A stretch of 64,000 nucleotides of DNA from Candidatus Zhuqueibacterota bacterium (GCA_049322915.1 JBMOPW010000014.1:541527-605526); one strand, 5' to 3'. Shown: positions 38,204 through 48,556, counted from the first letter of the stretch. The notes: a model not told the origin generated them from the letters alone. Numbers and translations: made by a program.

Positions 38204-38857
38204 AGCCCCAACGGGGCGAGATACTTTAGCTCAGGGCAACGCCCTGAGTAGATGGTAATTAACACGAACAAATCACCACAACACCCATCAACAAACCGAG
38301 GGTGCCATCACCCAAACAGGAGAGAAAGGAGGAATGATGCCACAAAGCCTGTCCAAAGTATACATTCATTTAGTGTTCAGCACAAAAAATCAAAAAGAAA
38401 TTATCGATCCTGACATTGAAAAAGAGTTGTATCCCTACATGGCGGCGCTATTTCGTGAAAGCGATTCACCGGCGATTATTATAAATGGTGTATCGAATCA
38501 TGTGCATAATTTATTTTTACTCTCCCGGAAATTTGCAATCAGCCAGGTTGTTGAAAACGTAAAAAAGAAATCATCAAAATGGATAAAAACAAAGGGTGAG
38601 CGGTATAAATCATTCTATTGGCAAAACGGATACGGGACTTTTTCAATCAGTCGCACGCATGTTGATGTGGTGAAAAAATATATTTTAAACCAGAAATCGC
38701 ATCATGCACAGACCTCGTTTCAGGGCGAATACCGGAAACTCCTTAATAAATACAATATCGAATATGATGAGCGATATGTTTGGGATTAGGGCGTTTATTG
38801 AGTTCCGTGGTCATCAGGGCGTTGCCCCGGGTTGGGATAAGTCGCTCCGTTGGAGCT
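38204..38857 (+). mobile_element. IS200/IS605-like (Y1) element flanked by inverted REP-like double hairpins
   Basis: AGCCCCAACGGGGCG...CAGGGCAACGCCCTGA (38204-38247) and its inverted counterpart TCAGGGCGTTGCCC...CGCTCCGTTGGAGCT (38814-38857) flank tnpA. Confidence 0.75.
38334..38789 (+). CDS. tnpA: IS200/IS605-family Y1 (HUH) transposase
   Basis: YIHLVFSTK, NHVH (HUH), KKKSSKWI, WQNGYGTFSIS, YILNQKSHH. Confidence 0.9.
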   Translation: MMPQSLSKVYIHLVFSTKNQKEIIDPDIEKELYPYMAALFRESDSPAIIINGVSNHVHNLFLLSRKFAISQVVENVKKKSSKWIKTKGERYKSFYWQNGYGTFSISRTHVDVVKKYILNQKSHHAQTSFQGEYRKLLNKYNIEYDERYVWD

Positions 38858-39036
38858 AAAATTCAGAAAATTCCACCGCAAGGTTTTTTCCCTGGTATCG
38901 TCAAAACAAGTAGTCGTTCTAATCATGAATTAATTCAGACCAACCACAGGAAATTTTTTTAACGTGCATGGCAGATTTTTCGAATGTGACACATAGCGCA
39001 GAAATCCGGAGACAGAAACGTGATCGGGCGACTCCC

Positions 39037-39612
39037 ATGGATGAGCTGGAACTGCTGGAAAAATTGAAATCCGGACAGGCGGATGCATTCAAATTTCTGG
39101 TGGATGCGTACCATGAAAAAGTATTGAATACCTGCTTTCGATTTCTGAATAATAAAGAGGACGCGGAGGATTTGGCCCAGGAAGTCTTTGTGACGGTGTA
39201 CCGGTCGGTCGGTGATTTTCGGGGGGAATCCAAAATTTCATCGTGGATTTATCGCATTGCCGTCACTCGTTCGCTGGACGCCTATCGCAGGAAAAACCGG
39301 AAAAAGCGTTTCGCGAAAATGCAGCGCCTGATTGGACTTAAGGAAAACGAAGATGCGCTGCAAATTCCCGATGCTCAGAATCCATCCGCTGAATTGGAGG
39401 ACAAAGAACGGGCGGCGATATTGCAGCGGGCGCTGAATGGGCTGCCGGAGAATCAGCGCGCGGTCATCACGTTGAACAAGTACGAGGGGTTCAGCCAAAA
39501 AGAAATTGCAGACATCATGGGGACATCTGTTTCGTCGGTCGAGTCGTTGATGCATCGTGGAAAGAAGAATTTGTTTAAACGGCTGTACGCGTACTATGAT
39601 AAAATTATTTAA
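39037..39612 (+). CDS. ECF RNA polymerase sigma factor
   Basis: DAEDLAQEVF, FRGESKISSWIYRIA, LPENQR...EGFSQKEIADIMGTSVSSVES. Confidence 0.9.
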   Translation: MDELELLEKLKSGQADAFKFLVDAYHEKVLNTCFRFLNNKEDAEDLAQEVFVTVYRSVGDFRGESKISSWIYRIAVTRSLDAYRRKNRKKRFAKMQRLIGLKENEDALQIPDAQNPSAELEDKERAAILQRALNGLPENQRAVITLNKYEGFSQKEIADIMGTSVSSVESLMHRGKKNLFKRLYAYYDKII

Positions 39613-39618
39613 TGTACT

Positions 39619-39785
39619 TAGCCTGCATTATTCATAGTATTTTTAAAGGAGGCTGGCTAACCTGAATGGTGCTCTTTTTAGAATAAACGTATAAAAACTG
39701 AGTTTCAAAATAGCTTAGCCTTTAGCTAATTGAAAATCTAAATGTTGACTCAAATTCTGAGCAAGTTCATGAATAATTCAGGTTA
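39619..39785. mobile_element. MITE-like element, copy 2 (inverted relative to 1958-2117)
   Basis: Ends TAGCCTGCATTATTCAT / ATGAATAATTCAGGTTA, internal TAACCTGAATGGTGC at 39658. Confidence 0.7.
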
Positions 39786-40045
39786 GACGCAACTCTGGAA
39801 AATTCGGACATCCTTCCTTGCTCCCCTTCAAAGGGGGGATGCGGTCAACTTTAGCTATTGGCTTTCATTGACAAGTAGCGATTGAACGTTGACAATTGAC
39901 TATTTCTTTTTTCCTTTCAATGGCGAATTGCAAAGGGAGAATTGTCAATTGTGAATGAGGAATTGATGTTACTATAATATTTTACTATTATTTATATGAA
40001 TGACCAGTTAAAATTTTGGCGCCTATATCATTATTGGGCATTCGC

Positions 40046-40073
40046 GTAGTGGACGGTCGCGACTGTCCACTAC
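40046..40073. repeat. GTAG-type REP-like palindrome
   Basis: GTAGTGGACGGTCGCGACTGTCCACTAC. Confidence 0.6.
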
Positions 40074-40165
40074 ATATACAAAAGTGGATCGAATTTATTG
40101 CACATGCTTTCAACTGGTCCTTCATATTATTCATATAACCACATCTTTTTCGAAGAGGGATAAAG

Positions 40166-40474
40166 ATGAACCGAAAACAAAAAATCGAACAGGAAATTGA
40201 AAAAACGCTCGGGCAATTTGAGCGGGCGGAACGGCTGCCGTCCAATCCTTATTTCCACACCCGGGTTCAGGCGCGACTCAATGAGACGCCGGAGCCGAGC
40301 GGGGTGTTAAAACCGATATTCCTCGCAGTCCTGCTCACGCTGAATATCCTGACGGCCGTTTACTTCATTGGCGGAGGAACCTCGCAGTCGACGGCCCGCA
40401 GCGATTTGCTGAGCGAATTTGCCCAGGAAATTGGTCTTGAAGAAAGCGAAACTGAATTCATCAATATTCAATAA
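40166..40474 (+). CDS. Putative single-TM anti-sigma factor
   Basis: NPYFHTRVQARL motif then a TM helix; lies downstream of the ECF sigma. Confidence 0.6.
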   Translation: MNRKQKIEQEIEKTLGQFERAERLPSNPYFHTRVQARLNETPEPSGVLKPIFLAVLLTLNILTAVYFIGGGTSQSTARSDLLSEFAQEIGLEESETEFINIQ

Positions 40475-40483
40475 GGTGCGACG

Positions 40484-41029
40484 ATGGATATTTTTACAAA
40501 AAACAGACTTACCATAATCACCATTATTTTGCTGGTCATTTTCAACCTGATTACGCTGGCCATTATTTGGAGTGAAAAAATTCGCCCATCGGGGAGACCA
40601 CTTGCGCAGCATCCGATTGAGCAGCGTATCAGGACAGTCATGTTCCTGAAAAATGAACTGGGGCTGAAGCCGGACCAGGTTCGGGAATATCGCACGCTTC
40701 GCTCGCAGTACCGGGAGCGGATGAGAACAAACAGCGAAGAGATCAGGATGTTAAAAAAGGAATTGCTCAACCAGTTATTTCAGGATAAAATAGACAGCCT
40801 GGAGGTGGAGCGAATCATCGGTCGCATTGGTGATAAGCAGGAGCATATCGAGCGACTCACATTGGGCCATTTCCATCAGTTGAAAAAATTATGCGGCAAT
40901 GACCAGCAGCAGAAGCTGCATCGACTGCTGGGTGAATTGTTTCGTCCGCCGGATCGTCCGCCTGAAATCGACGAGGACATGCCCCGGCCGCAACATCCCG
41001 ATGTTCGGCCCCCTCGGGAGGAATACTGA
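40484..41029 (+). CDS. Periplasmic heavy-metal-sensor/Spy-like protein
   Basis: N-terminal TM, FLKNELGLKPDQ, helical body, LCGNDQQQKL. Confidence 0.7.
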   Translation: MDIFTKNRLTIITIILLVIFNLITLAIIWSEKIRPSGRPLAQHPIEQRIRTVMFLKNELGLKPDQVREYRTLRSQYRERMRTNSEEIRMLKKELLNQLFQDKIDSLEVERIIGRIGDKQEHIERLTLGHFHQLKKLCGNDQQQKLHRLLGELFRPPDRPPEIDEDMPRPQHPDVRPPREEY

Positions 41030-41261
41030 CAGATAAATATAGAAATTTTTGGGCGAACGCCCTGACGATTTAGGATTAACTCTCCTCTCCGCCATACATG
41101 GCGGAGTTATTCATTAACTTTGACTGGCTCCGTTCTTTGGAACGGAGATTTTCATAATTCACCTGGAGTTATTAGGCTTTAGCCCGGATGATACATCAAT
41201 TTTTTTTGCTGGTCATTCCTATTATTAACAAATCACAGGAGTCATCGAATAAATTGGAGCA

Positions 41262-42125
41262 ATGTCCATGAAAAAACAAATGCTGATAGGTTGCATCCTC
41301 TGGGGGCTGTCCAGCCTGTTAGGATGTCGCGAAACTAAACTGGAGAACCAGTGGGTGGCGGAGGAAGTGATCGTTGATGGAAAAGACGATGAATGGAAAG
41401 GAGGCTCGCTCACGTACGCCGAAGCGATGAATTTGGCGCTGGGGACGGCGAACGATGCGCATCATCTGTACGTGATGTTTCGATTGAATGATCCCGATAT
41501 GGCGCGGAAAATACAGATGATGGGAGTGACGGTCTGGCTGGATGCGGAAGGAGGCAAGGAAAAAACGTACGGCATGGTCTACCGCGGCAGTGTCGAGATG
41601 CAGCGTGATCTGGCGCCAAAAGACCAGTTCGATGCCAGGGAAGAAAATGCCGGCACAGGAAGAAGGAGACCCATGATGGAGCGATTCGGCGCGGACTTGC
41701 CGGAGTTTGGAAAGATTCGCATGATTGAAAGAAGCGACAAAAGGGATTTGTCAGCCAATAACCCGGACGGCCCGGCCGCCGGATCCGCGTTGAGCAATGG
41801 ATATTATACATTCGAGTTTCGGCTGCCGCTTCCTGTCTCGGTGACAGGCGATGATAAAATGAATTTGTGCCTGGAATTGGGCGGAATGAGCAATGAAGAA
41901 AAGGCTAAAATGAGAGAAGCAATGCCTGGCGGCGGAAGAGAAGATGGGCCGCCGGAAGGTGGTCGACCCGGTGGCGGAATGGGCGGCCGGCCCGGCGGAA
42001 TGGACGGTGGTCAGGGAGGCATGCGAGGCGGCGGCCGACCCGGGGGCATGACGCAACCAGGCCAGGGACTGGAAAAACAGGAATTGTGGTTTGCGATTCA
42101 ACTCGCTGCTCAAAGTAAGGAGTAG
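41262..42125 (+). CDS. Hypothetical lipoprotein with Gly-rich tail
   Basis: LLGC lipobox; VIVDGKDDEW motif; GGRPGG repeats. Confidence 0.65.
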   Translation: MSMKKQMLIGCILWGLSSLLGCRETKLENQWVAEEVIVDGKDDEWKGGSLTYAEAMNLALGTANDAHHLYVMFRLNDPDMARKIQMMGVTVWLDAEGGKEKTYGMVYRGSVEMQRDLAPKDQFDAREENAGTGRRRPMMERFGADLPEFGKIRMIERSDKRDLSANNPDGPAAGSALSNGYYTFEFRLPLPVSVTGDDKMNLCLELGGMSNEEKAKMREAMPGGGREDGPPEGGRPGGGMGGRPGGMDGGQGGMRGGGRPGGMTQPGQGLEKQELWFAIQLAAQSKE

Positions 42126-42363
42126 CATTTCGATGCGATCAATTTACTCTCCTGCGCGATTACACAGGGCTAATCCCTGCGGTGGAATGAATGGAGATTC
42201 GCGATGATGTCATTGAATTTGGCTGACAAAGGTTTTGTCGCGCATGGAATGGCTGTGCCGGAAGGCGAACATATACCGACAATAGAATAAATCACCTTCG
42301 AGAGAAAATAGCCGGGGAGAAAGGAAAGCCGGCAGGACAGGATTTTTCAGTTTTTAATTTCAG

Positions 42364-42400
42364 AAGAGCCCCTGAGGACGTGAGCGCCAAAGGGGCTTTT
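42364..42400. terminator. Possible bidirectional terminator
   Basis: AAGAGCCCCT...AGGGGCTTTT between convergent genes. Confidence 0.5.
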
Positions 42401-42411
42401 GTATTATTGAA

Positions 42412-44004
42412 TTACTGAGTCGCTTTCAATGACTCAAATTTTATAAAGCCTTCCGGATTTTGCGCCTTCCCGTCCTGCCTGATTTCGAAATGAAGATGCG
42501 GGCCGGTCGATTTTCCGGTTTTGCCGACGCGGCCGATCAACTCACCGGCTGCCACATGACGCCCCATGTCAACCAGCACTTCGTCCAGATGTGAATAAAA
42601 CGTTTCGAACCCATTTTCATGCTGAATGATGATGTATTTTCCGTTGCCACTGGCTTCGTTCTTGTCATCCGAAATGGCGCGAGTCACTGTGCCCGAGGCA
42701 GCGGCTGTGACTTCGGTACCGATTGGAGCCGCCACATCGACGCCATTGTGGAACGCTTCCTTTTTCGTGAACGGGTTGATCCATTTCCCATACGGAGCCG
42801 TGAGTTTGCCCACCTGTATTGGAAGGATGAAAGGCGGATTTTCTTTCTGGACAGGCGTAGCAGATTGTCCTGCCGCTATTGCGCCATCCGGGAGAATTTC
42901 AGGATTCTGTATGAACGCACCGGCCATAGGCAGCAGAAAAATCCCGACCAGAATAAATGTGCTGTATAAAAGTAACGATTGGTATTTTCCCATAAACGAG
43001 TCTCCTCTTAAATTGTTAATCCGGTAAACTAATTTTTTCCGTTGGCTGCCAAATCCCGGCAGCACCTTTATCTCTTCAGCGCTAAAAAGATTCAATTTTA
43101 AAATGGCCATAATCCCGTTGCCATAATGTGAGCGGGAAATTTTCTTCTTCGCCAGAACCCGGCTGTCGCAATCGCATTCGCGGGACAGGCTGATTTGGCT
43201 ATTGAGGAACCAGACCATTGGATTAAAAAAATAAGCGATTTGCAAAAGGCTGAACAGCCTCATCCACAAATTATCCCACCGCTGGATGTGAGCCATTTCG
43301 TGGGCGATAATTGGTTCGACTAAAAAATAATTCCGCGATTCAATGGCCTTTTTCGGGATGAAAATGACCGGGCTCCAAATGCCTGATGTAAAAGGCGACA
43401 AATAGTGTTCGGAACAAACCAGTTTGACTTTTCGCCGGATGCCGAAAAGGGTGCTCCATTTATCAACTAATTCTAAAATACCGGCGCTTCGAACCGGGAA
43501 CGACTGTCTCACAGTGGTTTGAAAACTCTGGAGTTTTCTGAGGTAGATGATCAGCAAAACCATAGCCCCGAAACACCAGGCCAGAAACAGGAGGGCTAAA
43601 AGCGCATTGTGTTTTGAAATCTCCAAAGAAGGGATTACAGTCGACGCATTCGAAGCAATGTCGCCTTCGTCTCTGTTACCATTCCACAAGTCGCCGGAAT
43701 AATCGATTCCCTGTTTATCGTCCTGTCCGAAAAAGTCGAACCAGTGAACCAGCCGCTCAAAAACCGGCATGTGGCCTAGCAAATTCCACGAGCTGAGCGG
43801 GTGCGACAGGTTCGGCGGCAGGATGAGGCGGATTAAAATTAAAAGCCACAATGCATATCGCCAGCGCGGTGATTGAATTTTGAAGATTTTAATCAGCATC
43901 CAGACTAGGAAAAAGACAATGCCGGCGTAAATCGAGTTTTGCCAGAAAAATGGAATGACCGCTTTCCCGGTTTGAATGAAGTGGTGTATAATTTCGATGA
44001 TCAT
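42412..44004 (-). CDS. BlaR1/MecR1-type M56 peptidase fused to an M23 domain
   Basis: IIAHEMAHIQRWD, FFNPMVW, RECDCD (M56); HNGVD, GKSTGPHLHFEIR (M23). Confidence 0.9.
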   Translation of the reverse strand: MIIEIIHHFIQTGKAVIPFFWQNSIYAGIVFFLVWMLIKIFKIQSPRWRYALWLLILIRLILPPNLSHPLSSWNLLGHMPVFERLVHWFDFFGQDDKQGIDYSGDLWNGNRDEGDIASNASTVIPSLEISKHNALLALLFLAWCFGAMVLLIIYLRKLQSFQTTVRQSFPVRSAGILELVDKWSTLFGIRRKVKLVCSEHYLSPFTSGIWSPVIFIPKKAIESRNYFLVEPIIAHEMAHIQRWDNLWMRLFSLLQIAYFFNPMVWFLNSQISLSRECDCDSRVLAKKKISRSHYGNGIMAILKLNLFSAEEIKVLPGFGSQRKKLVYRINNLRGDSFMGKYQSLLLYSTFILVGIFLLPMAGAFIQNPEILPDGAIAAGQSATPVQKENPPFILPIQVGKLTAPYGKWINPFTKKEAFHNGVDVAAPIGTEVTAAASGTVTRAISDDKNEASGNGKYIIIQHENGFETFYSHLDEVLVDMGRHVAAGELIGRVGKTGKSTGPHLHFEIRQDGKAQNPEGFIKFESLKATQ

Positions 44005-44396
44005 TTTTTTCCTTCGTCAGCGTTCTGCAAAACCAGGGCGTGCAACTCTTCGATTTCTTCGGGTGTAAGGGCTTTGCTTCTGGCAAACAGCGAAACGACC
44101 GAGCCGACGTCCATTTCCAGCACACGGTCGGCAAAAAACTGAACCATGCGCGCCAACCCTGCCGGACGGGAGATGAGCGGCGTGTATAAAAATACCCCAT
44201 GAAAATTCTCGCGGGCCAGAAGGTTCTTTGCGACCAATCGGTCCATCATTGTTTTTGTGGTGGTATAGGCCCAGTCGTAGGTAGCTGAGAGGTGTTGATG
44301 CACTTCACGGACACTGAGCCGTCCCGATTTCCAGAGCACGCGCAGAATATCGTATTCGGCGCGCGATAAATCGATCAGGGTGTTGGAGGATTCCAT
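44001..44396 (-). CDS. BlaI/MecI/CopY-family repressor
   Basis: LSRAEYDILRVLW, WAYTTTKTMMDRLVAK, LTPEEIEEL. Confidence 0.9.
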   Translation of the reverse strand: MESSNTLIDLSRAEYDILRVLWKSGRLSVREVHQHLSATYDWAYTTTKTMMDRLVAKNLLARENFHGVFLYTPLISRPAGLARMVQFFADRVLEMDVGSVVSLFARSKALTPEEIEELHALVLQNADEGKK

Positions 44397-44432
44397 GCGT
44401 TATTCCGTTATACTGTTAATGGATAATTGAAT

Positions 44433-44447
44433 TACTACAATGTAGTA
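44433..44447. promoter_or_regulatory. Putative BlaI-type operator
   Basis: TACTACA-A-TGTAGTA palindrome just upstream of the repressor gene. Confidence 0.6.
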
Positions 44448-44750
44448 GTGCTGTGTAATATAAATAACGCTGTGGAAAAAGTCAAGAGGTTTTTTGAAAA
44501 AATGTTGTTGAAAAAAATGGGAAATGAGAAGGTACGGGATGCTATTTCAGTCCTGACGTTTTGAACGATTAAAGACCGCGCGCCAGCCTCCTCGTTCCAT
44601 TTGGTGCTATTGGAACGAGGAGAGGTTGAGAACGAGATGCAACCAAAGCTGTTCAGGCCCGGTGCGCACAACCCAGCGAAATTCACGTCGCCATGGAATC
44701 GATCGTGCGCGTGGGGTGAGGCTATCGCTGCGCGAGACTAACAATCTCCA

Positions 44751-46505
44751 TCATTGAATCCTGAAAGAGTAGGGCATCATGGGCCAGATGAATACGCGCT
44801 GTTTGTTCAAAAATGACTGCACTGCGCTGCCGAGGTTGCCCTGGTTCAGGCCGCTTTGAACCAGCCCAAACGGATCGGATAGCAGCCTATCGATGAGGCT
44901 TTTTTGCGTTTCATAAACGACGACTTTGATGCTCGCGCTGGTGTCGATCTGAGCCTTTTCCCGGGCGATTTCGATGGCCCTGTCCAATCCGCCAAGTTCA
45001 TCGATCAATCCGAATTGCTTCGCTTGAGTCCCCATCCACGAGCGGCCCTGGGTGTACGGCTCCAGTTCTTCATAGGCTTTGCCGCGGGACGCTGCCGCTT
45101 TGGAGACAAATTCATGATAGGTGCTTTGAATGTAGTCCCGATACAGTTCTTTTTCATGCGAGGACATTTTTTTGGTGAACAGCATCATGTCCGCATATTG
45201 CCCACGCTTGACATTCTCTTCGACGAGTCCCAGTTTATCGTACAATCCGCTCAGATCCGGGAAAATTCCCCAGATACCAATGGACCCGGTGAGCGTGGTC
45301 GGCTGGGCGACAATGGCAGTGGCGCCCATGGAAATCCAGTAACCACCGGAGGCGGCGTAATCGGACATGGAGACAATGACCGGTTTGATTTTTTTCGCCT
45401 CGAGAATTTCCCGCCAGACCAGGTCGCAGCCCAGGCCGCTGCCGCCGGGGGAGTCGACCCGGAAAATGATCGCTTTAACCGATTTGCTCTTTGCCGCGCG
45501 GCGAATGGCCTGAATGATGGGAGTAGTGCCGGCGGATTGTTCCATGGACAGCAGGCTAACCGTGTCATCTCCTTCCTGAACAATGCCCTGCGAATAGATT
45601 AAAGCGATGCGGTCTTTGCCCTTATTGAGCCCTAATGATTCCATGGTGATGTCGGAATAGGTCTCCGAGGTGATCTGGTTGAGTTGTCGATGAAGTCCTT
45701 CGTGATTCAGTTGTTTCAATCGCTCGAATAGCTGGTCTTCGTACAAAATGCCGGTAAGCCAACCCAGCTCTCTGAATTTCTCGGCGCGAATGTACCCTTT
45801 ATCGATCACTGCGGTGACTTCGGATGGGGAGATATTCCATCGCGTTGCAATGCCGTTCACCAGGGTGTTGTATTCCTGATCCAGAAGATCGTTCAACATC
45901 TCCAGCACCGGCTCGGTGTGTTTCTTGCGACCGTAGGTCTCCCCTGAATGGGACTTGTATTTCCCAAAAGCGAAATACTCCAGTGAAATGCCGAGTTTTT
46001 CAAACAGCCCCGGCAAATGTACTGTTTCAATCACCAGACCATTCATTTCCAAAAATCCGCCGGGCACAGCAAAGACGCTGTCTGCTGCCAGCGCGGTGTA
46101 ATACTCCTTTTCGGACACATACGAACCCAGATAGGCGATGACATATTTTCCCGAGGACTTGAAATCGATGAGCTTTTGTCGGATCTCTTCGACCTTGGCC
46201 CAACCCATGAGGTTAGCGTTGATTTTCAAAAGGATCCCTTTGATGCGGCGATCAGCTTTGGCTTTTTCGATGTTGTCCAGAATATCCTTCATGTTTGTAG
46301 CCTTGCTGATATGCAACGGAAAGTCCGATGCGGCAGTGTGCTCCGGAATGGCGCCGGCCAGCGTGATGACCAGAGTGGAATTACCTTCGACGACGGGTTC
46401 GGTATCAGATAGGCCGCGTACAATGAGAAACAGGCCCAAAAAAGATAGTATCGCCAGGACGAGCAGTGTCAGCAAGACATACAAAATGACGTGAATGGGT
46501 TTCAT
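44751..46505 (-). CDS. sppA: Signal peptide peptidase SppA (protease IV, long form)
   Basis: RVDSPGGS, SMSDYAASGGYWIS, TLTGSIGI, QGRSWMG...GLIDELGG; two S49 domains. Confidence 0.9.
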   Translation of the reverse strand: MKPIHVILYVLLTLLVLAILSFLGLFLIVRGLSDTEPVVEGNSTLVITLAGAIPEHTAASDFPLHISKATNMKDILDNIEKAKADRRIKGILLKINANLMGWAKVEEIRQKLIDFKSSGKYVIAYLGSYVSEKEYYTALAADSVFAVPGGFLEMNGLVIETVHLPGLFEKLGISLEYFAFGKYKSHSGETYGRKKHTEPVLEMLNDLLDQEYNTLVNGIATRWNISPSEVTAVIDKGYIRAEKFRELGWLTGILYEDQLFERLKQLNHEGLHRQLNQITSETYSDITMESLGLNKGKDRIALIYSQGIVQEGDDTVSLLSMEQSAGTTPIIQAIRRAAKSKSVKAIIFRVDSPGGSGLGCDLVWREILEAKKIKPVIVSMSDYAASGGYWISMGATAIVAQPTTLTGSIGIWGIFPDLSGLYDKLGLVEENVKRGQYADMMLFTKKMSSHEKELYRDYIQSTYHEFVSKAAASRGKAYEELEPYTQGRSWMGTQAKQFGLIDELGGLDRAIEIAREKAQIDTSASIKVVVYETQKSLIDRLLSDPFGLVQSGLNQGNLGSAVQSFLNKQRVFIWPMMPYSFRIQ

Positions 46506-46724
46506 TCGGTCCTCCGAATTTTGATCAACTTGAAAAGTGAAATTTCAATTTTCTTCGAAATGTATGGAGATGCAAGATTGTCGTTTGGTTCTACGGTTCG
46601 AAGTGCAATGAGTTCAGTTGAATTTAACGAACATGTTTATTCTTTTCTTTGTAACATGATGGCGCGAATGAGGCCGACGCGACTTTGAATCTACGTGAGC
46701 CATGGTAATGGCGCTTCATTCGAT

Positions 46725-47969
46725 TTATGGATAGATCAAATACTTTGAACGAATTGCATTGAATTCCTCAATCTGCCGCACCCAGTCCGCCATGATCTCT
46801 TCTGCCGATTTTCCTGCGGTTGCCATGGCCCGAACCTGGTTCGTTCCAAAAGCTTTATCGAACATGTCAATCCTGTTTTCTGTGAAGATGTTCATCTGGG
46901 GATGCAATTTTTGGATCGATGTCAGAATATGGATCTGGGCAATGGCCGGGTCGAATTTCTTTGCATCCATGATGTGAATCTGAACGCCCTGGCAGAGTTG
47001 GTCTTTATAGTGCAAATAGTATGGCTTGAAAAATGTCGGTCGAAAATAAACGCCAGGTAATTTTCGCGCATTCAATTCATGGGCCAGGGCGTCGGCGTTC
47101 ATCCACGGCGCGCCGATCAATTCGAATGGCGACGTGTAGCCCACACCGACAGAAAGGGTGTTCAATTCGCCGATGCACCCGGTGGCGACGACAAACTCGG
47201 CCGTCCCGGCATGGGGCACGTGCGGAGACGTGGGAATCCACACCAGCCCTGTCTCGTCGTATTTCATGGCGCGGCGCCAGCCTTCCATGGGGACAACTTC
47301 GAGATCGCAGTTGATTTTGAATTCTTCATTGAAGAGTTGAGCCAACTCGCCCACGGTCATGCCATAGACATAGGGAATGGGATACAGTCCGATGAATGAA
47401 CTGAATTCCGGATCGAGTACATTGCCGGCAACCCGATCGCCGCCCAAAGGATTTGGCCTGTCCAGAACGATGAATTTGATACCAAATTTTTTGGCTTCTT
47501 CCATGGCATAGGCCATGGTGTAAATGTACGTGTATGCGCGCGAGCCAATATCCTGAATATCATAGATTAACACCTCGATGTCACGGAGCATGTCCGGTGT
47601 GGGCCGGCGCGTTTTGCCGTACAGACTGAATACAGTAATCCCGGTCTTCGCGTCCGTATAGGTCGATACGGTTTTCCCGGCTTCGACATCACCGCGGACA
47701 CCGTGCTCAGGACCGAACAGGGCAATTAGCTCGACGCCAGGTAAATGACTCAGAACATCAACGGTGGACATAAGCTGACTGCTCACCCCGGTCGCGTTGG
47801 TGATGAGGCCAATCTTTTTTCCGGTCACCAGGTTCAGCTTTTTTTCAACCAGTACGTCAATGCCAGGTTTCACGATCGGCGTATTTTGCAACAATGGCGC
47901 CTGGCCCAGAAGTCCTGTCAGCGGAGCGAGGATAAGCCCCCAGAGAATAGTCCGTAATGTTTCTTTCAA
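46725..47969 (-). CDS. namZ: Exo-beta-N-acetylmuramidase NamZ (DUF1343)
   Basis: GLITNATG, LFGPEHGVRG, YDIQDIGSRAYTYIYTM, VLDRPNPLGG, WIPTSPHVP. Confidence 0.85.
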   Translation of the reverse strand: MKETLRTILWGLILAPLTGLLGQAPLLQNTPIVKPGIDVLVEKKLNLVTGKKIGLITNATGVSSQLMSTVDVLSHLPGVELIALFGPEHGVRGDVEAGKTVSTYTDAKTGITVFSLYGKTRRPTPDMLRDIEVLIYDIQDIGSRAYTYIYTMAYAMEEAKKFGIKFIVLDRPNPLGGDRVAGNVLDPEFSSFIGLYPIPYVYGMTVGELAQLFNEEFKINCDLEVVPMEGWRRAMKYDETGLVWIPTSPHVPHAGTAEFVVATGCIGELNTLSVGVGYTSPFELIGAPWMNADALAHELNARKLPGVYFRPTFFKPYYLHYKDQLCQGVQIHIMDAKKFDPAIAQIHILTSIQKLHPQMNIFTENRIDMFDKAFGTNQVRAMATAGKSAEEIMADWVRQIEEFNAIRSKYLIYP

Positions 47970-48032
47970 TGTACACCTCTTTCGGCTGTTGTTTTGTGAT
48001 TCTGTACCTTCAGACAGCGCGGTTTAAAATAC

Positions 48033-48058
48033 AAAAACACGGCCGGAGACCGTGTTTT
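48033..48058 (-). terminator. Terminator of the atp operon
   Basis: AAAAACACGG...CCGTGTTTT hairpin downstream of atpC. Confidence 0.6.
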
Positions 48059-48139
48059 AAATTTCGAAATACATTTTAGTTAACTGGAGCAACTCACAAC
48101 CGAAATCAGAATCAGCGTCAGAGATATAAGACGTGCACC

Positions 48140-48556
48140 TCATGATTGATGCACTTTCCGGGAAATTTTGAGACGGTTCTTGGCGCGGAACCATGCGTCT
48201 TTGGCTCGCTCCAGATCTGTTCCCGGCACGCGTTCGGCCAGGCGTCGCTCCGCGCGTTCTTTGGAAAAGATGGCGCGGGATTCATCAATCTCTGTGGCAG
48301 ATTCGGCGGTTTCCACCAACACGGTCGTTTTGTGGGGCAATACTTCCACTGTGCCACCGCTGGTCGCAAAGAACTTTCGCTCGTTGTCAATGTCAACTTC
48401 AATTTCACCAATCCTGAGAGTGGTGATGAACGGAGCGTGCCCGGCCTTGACGCCAAAATAGCCATCGATACCAGGCATGTGAGTGTGCGTCACTTTTTCA
48501 TGGTAGACGATTTTGAACGGCGTGATTATTTCAAAGTCAAAGTATTTATCTCTCAT
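48140..48556 (-). CDS. atpC: ATP synthase F1 epsilon
   Basis: EIITP, PGIDGYFGVKAGHAP, SGGTVEV. Confidence 0.92.
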   Translation of the reverse strand: MRDKYFDFEIITPFKIVYHEKVTHTHMPGIDGYFGVKAGHAPFITTLRIGEIEVDIDNERKFFATSGGTVEVLPHKTTVLVETAESATEIDESRAIFSKERAERRLAERVPGTDLERAKDAWFRAKNRLKISRKVHQS

